Assembly: GCF_900232105.1 (NCBI RefSeq)
Contig: NZ_LT934425.1
Coordinates: 390,001 to 422,000 of the forward strand
Source of the DNA: Candidatus Kuenenia stuttgartensis
GTDB taxonomy: Bacteria; Planctomycetota; Brocadiia; Brocadiales; Brocadiaceae
Direction of reading: 5' to 3'
Length of the DNA: 32,000 bases
Below the pieces are notes generated by a model. That model was not told where the DNA came from and did not search any database. It saw nothing but the letters and a program-made list of their open reading frames with translations. The position numbers and the translations under genes were made by a program. Below are positions 1 to 7,448 of this stretch, piece by piece; the stretch's first letter is position 1; every line of letters begins with the position of its first letter.

Positions 1-6
1 TACTTA

Positions 7-1606
7 CCACTCTCAAAAGACTAAAAAAACGAAATACAACGTCGGTTTTCTACTGAAAAACTACATCCAGTGACATGCGTTCCCACTTTTCCCATTCCTC
101 CTGATGGAGAAATTTCTCCGGCAATTTTAATGTCATCTGCCGGCTTCTCTCCACCAGTTTCCCTGCCACACGGATTAACCACAGTCTCATCGTCTTTACT
201 TCCCACTGTTGTATCACTCCACCACTGAGCAATCCCATCCACTTCAAAAGATTATACGCTAACACCGCACACTGAAATAGCGCAGCATTGGCCAAAAATT
301 CACCCGTACGTATGTGCCCCGCATTCATCTGTCCTTTACTCTCTTCTATCAAAGTCTCGCAGGTAGCCCTCTTTCCATAACAACGATGCGCTTCCATCGG
401 ACTTAACCGCTCCGTTGTAACGTAACAAAAATACTCATACACGGACACTTCTACTAATTTCTTTTCTCTTTTGACCAATTGCCGCACTGCCACAAAACGT
501 CTCGCACGATCCCACCCTGCACATCGATACCAAAATTCAGCCTGTTCCCATCCTGGCTCCCCTTTCACCTCATTCCATTTCTGCCCTTCAAGCAATCCTT
601 CCAGATTCTTCAGCTTTACCTTAATCAGATATCCCGCCAATATTGACTCAAGGTATTCAAGTAATTCTCCGGTAAAAAAACCGCTGTCTCCTCGAAATAC
701 CACCCTTACCCCCTTATTCATGTACGCCATACATTCCTTCATGAACTCTACTACTCCGTTACTCGTGTAGGCGCTTCCACAGCGGAACCAACTATGTAAT
801 ACCTCCTTTGTTTCTGCAATAAATGCCATTAAGGGATGATACGCCTTCTGCCCCTTCTTGTGCGGATTATATCCTACCTCTGCACCCTCCTGTTTCCCAT
901 ATACACCATCTACGGTAGAATCAACATCTATCCATACTTCGCAAAGAGCACTCCTGAGTTTATGGCCTGATCTCACCGCACGCTTCCATATCTTTCCCCT
1001 AAACCGGTGGATCACCCCCGTCAGTTCCACTATATCTCCCTGACTCGCCAGCTTCATAATACGTCCTATCGTAGTATCTACAGGTACCTCTTTCCACCCG
1101 GACATCTTCTTCAATACCTCATCTGTACACACCTTCATCACCTCTACCATCGATGTCGCCCCTGCTATCAACCCTATCACTACCATTTGTACCGCATCGA
1201 CAAACTGATACCGGGCATTTGCTCCACGATCCTTATGGACCGCTTCATGGACTCTCTCCCGGAACATCAGCTTACCCATAAAATTCAATACCGGTAAAAG
1301 CCCTGCATGTACCGTTAAGCCTTTCCCGCTCATCTCTGCCTTGATTTTCGGTTGTCTTTTGCTGTATTTTTTTGCTATATTCTTCATCGAAATGGTGAAT
1401 CTCCTTTCAGGTGTTTTTTGTTATCAATATACCGCCGAATACCTTGGAAATCCTACCATTTCAATCCTATTCCTGCAACAAGGCTTTGCCTTGTTTGCAG
1501 GATTTAGGTTTTATTTTCTATTGCCTTATTATACTTTACTATACTTGAAGTTTAGTGCACAAATCCAACTTTTTGTAACACTTTAGTTTTTTGAAAAAGT
1601 AGGGGC
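7..1606 (-). mobile_element. Putative IS1380-family insertion sequence (boundaries tentative)
   Basis: The transposase ORF is flanked by inverted, degenerate copies of one AT-rich motif: ccactctcaaaagactaaa at 7-25, and tttagttttttgaaaaagtagggg at 1583-1606 (reverse complement cccctactttttcaaaaaactaaa). The roughly 1.6-kb span fits this family. The motif is low-complexity, also occurs alone elsewhere, and no direct repeats could be confirmed because the left end lies at the window edge. Confidence 0.3.
50..1387 (-). CDS. IS1380-family DDE transposase
   Basis: Intact 445-aa ORF. By eye it resembles IS1380-type (DDE_Tnp_1-like) transposases: VWIDVDSTVDGVYGKQEGAEVGYNPHKKGQKAYHPL, a later RGDSGF block, and a C-terminal region with GKRATCETLIEESK. 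Family assigned from memory of these motifs, not from a search. Confidence 0.85.
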   Translation of the reverse strand: MKNIAKKYSKRQPKIKAEMSGKGLTVHAGLLPVLNFMGKLMFRERVHEAVHKDRGANARYQFVDAVQMVVIGLIAGATSMVEVMKVCTDEVLKKMSGWKEVPVDTTIGRIMKLASQGDIVELTGVIHRFRGKIWKRAVRSGHKLRSALCEVWIDVDSTVDGVYGKQEGAEVGYNPHKKGQKAYHPLMAFIAETKEVLHSWFRCGSAYTSNGVVEFMKECMAYMNKGVRVVFRGDSGFFTGELLEYLESILAGYLIKVKLKNLEGLLEGQKWNEVKGEPGWEQAEFWYRCAGWDRARRFVAVRQLVKREKKLVEVSVYEYFCYVTTERLSPMEAHRCYGKRATCETLIEESKGQMNAGHIRTGEFLANAALFQCAVLAYNLLKWMGLLSGGVIQQWEVKTMRLWLIRVAGKLVERSRQMTLKLPEKFLHQEEWEKWERMSLDVVFQ

Positions 1607-1671
1607 GAAGCATTTGCCCGTTTGGATATGAACGCATTTATGACAATTTACAGCAAATGCTTCGCCCCTAC
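1599..1671. repeat. 73-bp palindromic element, family A, copy 1
   Basis: 19-bp terminal inverted arms gtaggggcgaagcatttgc (1599-1617) and gcaaatgcttcgcccctac (1653-1671) around a 35-nt core. A second 73-bp copy lies in the opposite orientation at 13217-13289, about 93% identical by eye. Confidence 0.85.
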
Positions 1672-1716
1672 ACTGCGATTATTGGAAACAGTTTAGATTT
1701 TTGGAAAAACAAAAAT

Positions 1717-1757
1717 GCTCGTTCCCAAGCTCCGGCTTGGGAACGTAATTGCGTTAG
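1717..1757. repeat. Palindromic hairpin repeat, family B, copy 1
   Basis: Perfect 11-bp stem cgttcccaagc/gcttgggaacg (1720-1730 and 1735-1745) with loop tccg, followed by conserved gtaattgc. Related copies at 17295-17330, and at 2068-2082 plus 2233-2251 where it is split by an insertion. Confidence 0.8.
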
Positions 1758-1852
1758 AAGCTCTGGCTTCCATTTAGCCGGCAAGCGAAACTTCGTGTAT
1801 TATTCGATTCAAAAGAGGTTTTCCAAATATCTTGGGTAACATACAGAAAAAC

Positions 1853-1994
1853 GGGTGCATTCCCGATTGTTTGTAAGCGTTCATGGAGTCGGGGCAAAAC
1901 AACCCTGACAGGGTTTGAAACCCTGTCAGGGTTAACACTACTGCAACGTTTCATTAAAACATGGCGGAAATCACAAAAAATCGGGAATACACCC
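1853..1994. mobile_element. 142-bp MITE, family C, copy 1, with 9-bp target-site duplication
   Basis: Terminal inverted repeats gggtgcattcccgatt and aatcgggaatacaccc. Central hairpin ccctgacagggtttgaaaccctgtcaggg. Perfect 9-bp direct repeat cagaaaaac at 1844-1852 and 1995-2003. Near-identical inverted copy at 5615-5757. Confidence 0.85.
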
Positions 1995-2082
1995 CAGAAA
2001 AACCTCCAGGCTGACATCATGGGTTCATTCCCTTTTCCATTCGAAGCTGGAGCTTCGCAAACAATCCCGTTCCCAAGCCGGA

Positions 2083-2232
2083 CAGACTGGGTCAAATGAA
2101 AAATTTTATCCTATTTTACGACAGGCATTCTCCACTTTAATGGTAAAACAGCACTAAATAGGGTCTAAAACAGGCATAATGCGAGGAGTTGCCCCCACTT
2201 TTGAGACAACAAAGTTCATTTGACCCAGTCTG
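2083..2232. mobile_element. 150-bp MITE, family D, inserted into the loop of a family-B hairpin, with 4-bp duplication
   Basis: Perfect 18-bp terminal inverted repeats cagactgggtcaaatgaa (2083-2100) and ttcatttgacccagtctg (2215-2232). Flanking direct repeat cgga at 2079-2082 and 2233-2236. Removing the element and one cgga restores cgttcccaagccggagcttgggaacg, the exact reverse complement of the intact hairpin at 1720-1745. Confidence 0.8.
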
Positions 2233-2370
2233 CGGAGCTTGGGAACGAGCGATTTTTTTTCATAGGACTAAAGTGTTACGATTATTGGAATTTTTCAAAA
2301 AACTAATGTATTACTACTTTTTAGTAAATAGGCAATTTTGAAATATGGCAAGAAGGAGATACGTGGAATA

Positions 2371-3735
2371 ATGTTTGAAGAGATTCGTAAGGAACAATTG
2401 CAGACATGGGACAAGACCTACCTCTGGCATCCTTTTACCCAAATGCAGGAGTACGTGAAGGAAACCCCTCTTGTTATTGCGGAAGGAAAGGGGATTTACC
2501 TGAAAGATATTGATGGCAACGAATACATTGACGGGGTTTCCTCTATGTGGTGTAATCTTCACGGCCATCGCAAAAAAGAAATCGATGACGCCATAAAGGC
2601 ACAGCTTGACAAAATCGCGCACAGCACCTTTTTAGGCCCTACCAATATCCCCGCTTCAGAACTTGGTAAAAAACTTATCGAAATCGTACCAAACGGTTTA
2701 AGCAAAGTGTTTTACTCTGACAATGGCTCCACCGCAAATGAAGTTGCCCTGAAAATGGCCTTTCAATATTGGCAGCATAAAGGCAGAAGAGATAAAACAC
2801 AATTCATTGCATTACAGTATGGGTATCATGGAGACACTATAGGCACGATGGCGGTGGGCGGGATTGATATATACCATAAAGTATTTAGCCCCCTTTATTT
2901 TAAAACACATTTTGCACCTTCTCCTTATTGTTATCGCTGTCCATTAAATAAAATTCCGGAAGATTGCAGCATGGAATGTCTCGGTACACTGGAAAAGATT
3001 TTACAGGAACATGCGGATAATGTCGCTGCAATGATTATGGAACCCCTTGTACAGGGTGTAGGCGGTATGTTAATGCATCCAAAGGGCTATCTGGCAGGAG
3101 TCAGCAAACTATGTAAGCAATACGATGTACTACTTATTCTGGATGAGGTAATGACGGGATTTGGACGAACGGGAAAAATGTTTGCCTGCGAACACGAATG
3201 TGTCGTCCCCGACCTTATGCCTCTGTCAAAAGGGATTAATGGCGGATATATGCCTCTGGCGGCTACGCTTGCAACGCAGGAAATATATGACGCCTTTTTA
3301 GGAGAATATACCCATTTGAAAACCTTCTTTCATGGACATACCTATACAGGGCATCCCCTCGGATGTGCAGCGTCCCTGGCAAGTATACACCTCTTCGAAA
3401 AAGAAAACATTCTGGAAAATTTACAGCCGAAAATAAAGCACCTGAAAGAGAAGTTATCATCTTTCAAGGTATTAAAACATGTCGGTGAAATACGGCAGTG
3501 TGGTTTAATCGCCGCAATTGAATTAGTAAAAGATACGAAAACAAAAGAACCTTATTCATGGGTTGAACGCATAGGAATACAAATCTGTCTTGAGGCAAAG
3601 AAACAGGGGGTATTAATACGTCCATTAGGCCATATCATTGTCATCATGCCGCCGTTGATTATTACCACTGCTGAATTGGACAGATTACTTGGCGTTATTT
3701 ACGAGTCTATACGGACGGTTACGGAAAAAGTGTAA
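2371..3735 (+). CDS. bioA: Adenosylmethionine-8-amino-7-oxononanoate aminotransferase (class III PLP aminotransferase)
   Basis: N-terminus (LWHPFTQMQ) is typical of BioA. PLP-aminotransferase blocks YSDNGSTANEVALKMA, LDEVMTGFGRTG and the lysine region LSKGINGGYMPL. bioD follows directly. The ORF track opens at TTG 2338; ATG 2371 preferred (AAGGAG at 2353-2358, and the length matches BioA N-termini). Confidence 0.9.
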   Translation: MFEEIRKEQLQTWDKTYLWHPFTQMQEYVKETPLVIAEGKGIYLKDIDGNEYIDGVSSMWCNLHGHRKKEIDDAIKAQLDKIAHSTFLGPTNIPASELGKKLIEIVPNGLSKVFYSDNGSTANEVALKMAFQYWQHKGRRDKTQFIALQYGYHGDTIGTMAVGGIDIYHKVFSPLYFKTHFAPSPYCYRCPLNKIPEDCSMECLGTLEKILQEHADNVAAMIMEPLVQGVGGMLMHPKGYLAGVSKLCKQYDVLLILDEVMTGFGRTGKMFACEHECVVPDLMPLSKGINGGYMPLAATLATQEIYDAFLGEYTHLKTFFHGHTYTGHPLGCAASLASIHLFEKENILENLQPKIKHLKEKLSSFKVLKHVGEIRQCGLIAAIELVKDTKTKEPYSWVERIGIQICLEAKKQGVLIRPLGHIIVIMPPLIITTAELDRLLGVIYESIRTVTEKV

Positions 3736-3756
3736 AAAAGAATTGTTATTAATTAA

Positions 3757-4476
<720 letters not shown>

Positions 4477-4524
4477 AACGCCATTGTTTGCCGCATTTTT
4501 GTAGCTTTTTGTGGAGGAATTATC

Positions 4525-5469
4525 ATGCCGCCCGTAGGTGAAAGGGTTGATAACCTGGAACAAATACTCGCAGAGTTCATCAGGAACGTTGGCAATGCAC
4601 AAATGCAGACGGAGAGGGAAATCCGTGAATTTAAGGACGAAATGCAACGGGACAGGGAAAACTCCAAAATCGAAATGAAGTTATTCAGGGAGGAGATGCG
4701 GAGTTTCAGGGACGAAATGCAACGGGATAGAGAAAACTCTAAAATTGAAATGAAGATATTCAGAGAGGAGATGCAGCAGGACAGGGAAAACTCCAAAATC
4801 GAAATGAAGGTATTCAGGGAGGAGATGCAACAAGACAGGGAAAACTTCAAAAATGAGATGCGGAATTTCAGAGACGAAATGCAACATGATAGAGAAAACT
4901 CTAAAATTGAAATAAAAGAATTCAGGGAAGAGATGCAACAGGACAGAGAAAACTCCAAAAACGAAATGACTGAATTCAAGGAGGAGATGCGGAAAGACAG
5001 GGCAAGGGCATTTAAACAATGGGGAGAAATCACCAACAAAATGGGCACGTTGGCAGAGGATTTTGTAGCCCCAAACGTTGGGGAAATCGCCATGCGGTAT
5101 TTCTGCTGTGAGGAAGGCAGCGAAGAAGATTTCATGGTCAGAAGATTTAAAAGAAAGCCAAAAACGAAGAGCAAGAGAAGAGAGTTTGACGTAATTGCAG
5201 TGTATGATACCAAAATTATTCTTGTAGAAGTAAAATCCACTCCCAGAATACAGTACATAGATGATTTTGCGGAAACTTTAAAGGAAGTGTACGAGTACTT
5301 TCCAGAATATATAAACAAAAAGATCATTCCTGTTTTTGCATCCCTTTATTTACCAGATGAAGTAATTGCATACCTCACAAAGAAAAACATTTTTGCAATG
5401 GCAATCAGAGATGACATGATGGATTTGATGAATTTCGGGGAAGTACATCAGGCCAGGGCAAACACATAA
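4525..5469 (+). CDS. Coiled-coil tandem-repeat protein with a C-terminal PD-(D/E)XK-like (restriction-endonuclease-fold) domain; function unknown
   Basis: GGAGG lies 7 nt before the ATG. The gene is 48 nt after bioD on the same strand. Residues about 35-160 are 18-aa repeats (FREEMQQDRENSKIEMKx). The C-terminal part has a D...ExK pattern: REFDVIAVYDTKIILVEVKS preceded by helix GTLAEDFVAPNVGEI. Fold assignment is inference. Confidence 0.75.
   Translation: MPPVGERVDNLEQILAEFIRNVGNAQMQTEREIREFKDEMQRDRENSKIEMKLFREEMRSFRDEMQRDRENSKIEMKIFREEMQQDRENSKIEMKVFREEMQQDRENFKNEMRNFRDEMQHDRENSKIEIKEFREEMQQDRENSKNEMTEFKEEMRKDRARAFKQWGEITNKMGTLAEDFVAPNVGEIAMRYFCCEEGSEEDFMVRRFKRKPKTKSKRREFDVIAVYDTKIILVEVKSTPRIQYIDDFAETLKEVYEYFPEYINKKIIPVFASLYLPDEVIAYLTKKNIFAMAIRDDMMDLMNFGEVHQARANT
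4627..5005 (+). repeat. In-frame 54-bp tandem repeat, about 6.5 units plus one 21-bp heptad insert
   Basis: Units begin ttcag(g/a)ga(g/c)ga(g/a)atgca... and each encodes 18 aa. Two nucleotide sub-variants alternate (...gatagagaaaactctaaaattgaaat... and ...gacagggaaaactccaaaatcgaaatg...). Confidence 0.9.
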
Positions 5470-5614
5470 TAATCGCTGTAAAATCAACGAGATATTTCCA
5501 ACGTGTTCTGTTTTGCAACCCATGAGTTTATTCGGGGAATAGCACTCTGTATGACTATCCGCCAACTCCTTGTTTTTTATGTTGGAATCCAGGTGAGCAA
5601 TGGTGAAATAAATA

Positions 5615-5757
5615 GGGTGTATTCCCGATTTTTTGTGATTTCCGCCATGTTTTAATGAAACGTTGCAGTAGTGTTAACCCTGACAGGGTTTCAAACCCTG
5701 TCAGGGTTGTTTTTGCCCCGACTCCATGAACGCTTACAAACAATCGGGAATGCACCC
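5615..5757. mobile_element. 143-bp MITE, family C, copy 2, inverted relative to copy 1, with 9-bp target-site duplication
   Basis: Matches the reverse complement of 1853-1994 apart from one T-run indel. Perfect 9-bp direct repeat aaataaata at 5606-5614 and 5758-5766. Confidence 0.85.
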
Positions 5758-5805
5758 AAATAAATACTAGTACATCGTTTCGTTAAAATGTGTACGTAAA
5801 AAAAT

Positions 5806-5885
5806 GTCATTGCGAGTAGTGGAGTGACGAAGCAATCTCTTGTTCCCAAAAAACTTAAGATTGCTTCGCTGTCGCTAGCAATGAC
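5806..5885. repeat. Imperfect 80-bp palindrome, family E (gtcattgcgag...cgaagcaatct / agattgcttcg...gcaatgac)
   Basis: Arms 5806-5838 and 5858-5885 are complementary at both ends (gtcattgc/gcaatgac and gaagcaatct/agattgcttc) with an internal bulge. It lies 100 nt upstream of the ThiC-family gene. Confidence 0.7.
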
Positions 5886-5985
5886 GGTATCAATGTAGAT
5901 ATTTTAATGAAACGCTATACTAGAAAACGGTGGTTTTTAGTTTGAGAAAGTTTTTAAAGGCTTAATTAATTTGGAGTAAAAATAG

Positions 5986-7317
5986 ATGAAAACTCAGTTA
6001 GAACTTGCACGCGATGGTGTTATAACGGAAGCCATGAAAGAGGCTGCTGTATATGACGACGTCACCCCGGAATTTATCCGAGAAGGCATTGCAAAAGGAC
6101 AGATCGTTATTTATGGAAATCCGAACAGAAAGGCGCGTGTGATTGGCATCGGCAAGGGACTCAAAACAAAGGTAAATGCCAGCATCGGCACTTCCCCCGA
6201 TATTATTGACGCCGAGATGGAAGTGAAAAAGGCGCAAACCGCTGAAAAATACGGTGCGGATACACTGATGGAGCTTTCAACAGGCGGTGACTTGGTCAAA
6301 ATCAGAAAACGGGTGTTGGACTCCATTTCTCTTACAGTAGGTACCGTGCCCCTTTACCAGGCGGCAATAGAAACCAATAAGAAAAAGGGTTCTGTAGTAC
6401 ACATGGAGGCTGATTTCCTCTTTGATGTTATAGAACAGCAGGCGGAAGAGGGTATTGGTTTTATGGCTATCCACTGCGGCATTAATTTAATCACCTTAGA
6501 GCGATTAAGAAGGCAAGGTTATCGTTATGGCGGCCTGGTGAGCCGCGGCGGTTCGTTTCTGACCGCATGGATGAATCATAATAAAAAAGAGAATCCCCTC
6601 TATGAACAGATCGACCGTCTTATTGATATTATGAAAAAACACGACGTTATTCTCAGCCTTGGAAATGGCTTACGGGCAGGAGCAGTTCATGACAGTACTG
6701 ACCGCGCACAGATACAGGAACTTATTATCAATTCCGAAATTGCGGAATATGCCCAAAGCAAAGGGGTTCAAATTATCGTTGAAGGACCTGGACACATCCC
6801 CATCGATGAGATCGAGGCAAACGTTTTGATACAAAAACGACTCAGCAACAACGCCCCTTTCTACATGCTTGGCCCTATTACTACCGATATAGCCCCCGGA
6901 TATGACCACATTTCATCTGCCATTGGCGCTGCCTTATCTTCACGTTACGGCGCAGACTTCATTTGCTACGTTACACCGCCTGAACACCTTGCCCTTCCAG
7001 GACCTGACGACGTGCGTGAAGGCGTTATGGCCGCTCGTATCGCCGCCCACGTAGGTGATATGGTAAAACTAAAAGACAAGGCGAAAAACTTAGACCTCAA
7101 AATGGGTATTGCACGCAGAGACCTCGACTGGAAGACTCAATACGAAACAGCCATCACCAAGGAACGTGCACAGGAAATTCGCAATAGCCGTCCTCCCATG
7201 GATGAGGATACATGCACAATGTGTGGCAGTCTGTGTTCACTCAAAGGTGTGATGAAATACTACGAAGAAGACCTGAATAAAAGCCGCAAGAAAAGCGCTG
7301 CCACTGCAGCATTTTGA
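5986..7317 (+). CDS. thiC: ThiC-family radical SAM enzyme: phosphomethylpyrimidine synthase ThiC, or a paralogous 5-hydroxybenzimidazole synthase (BzaF type)
   Basis: Collinear by eye with short-form ThiC: GIGKGLKTKVNASIGTS, TVGTVPLYQA, VSRGGSFL, NKKENPLY, TDRAQIQEL, VEGPGHIP, TDIAPGYDHI, YVTPPEHLALP, and the C-terminal cluster motif CTMCGSLCSLK. See findings for why the ThiC-versus-BzaF question is open. Confidence 0.88.
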   Translation: MKTQLELARDGVITEAMKEAAVYDDVTPEFIREGIAKGQIVIYGNPNRKARVIGIGKGLKTKVNASIGTSPDIIDAEMEVKKAQTAEKYGADTLMELSTGGDLVKIRKRVLDSISLTVGTVPLYQAAIETNKKKGSVVHMEADFLFDVIEQQAEEGIGFMAIHCGINLITLERLRRQGYRYGGLVSRGGSFLTAWMNHNKKENPLYEQIDRLIDIMKKHDVILSLGNGLRAGAVHDSTDRAQIQELIINSEIAEYAQSKGVQIIVEGPGHIPIDEIEANVLIQKRLSNNAPFYMLGPITTDIAPGYDHISSAIGAALSSRYGADFICYVTPPEHLALPGPDDVREGVMAARIAAHVGDMVKLKDKAKNLDLKMGIARRDLDWKTQYETAITKERAQEIRNSRPPMDEDTCTMCGSLCSLKGVMKYYEEDLNKSRKKSAATAAF

Positions 7318-7448
7318 ACCTGAAGGTCAAAAGCATAACGATTTTTTGCTATCAGTCATAATTATCACTACAGCGACATATTATTCTTACGCCCTGCTCA
7401 ATAATTATGCCTGGTATATTAATCCTGTCAGGGTTGTTTCGTTAATTA

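Noticed and set aside
1754-2095. 113-aa (-) ORF and the 66-aa (-) ORF at 5555-5755 that share a peptide segment
   Set aside because: The shared peptide (…VNPDRVSNPVRVVLPRLHERLQTIGNAP…) is simply the translated MITE family C sequence. There is no RBS and both ORFs cross element boundaries.
5758-5985. TPP or cobalamin riboswitch upstream of the ThiC-family gene
   Set aside because: No conserved riboswitch core could be recognised by eye. This needs a covariance-model scan before being treated as a true negative.
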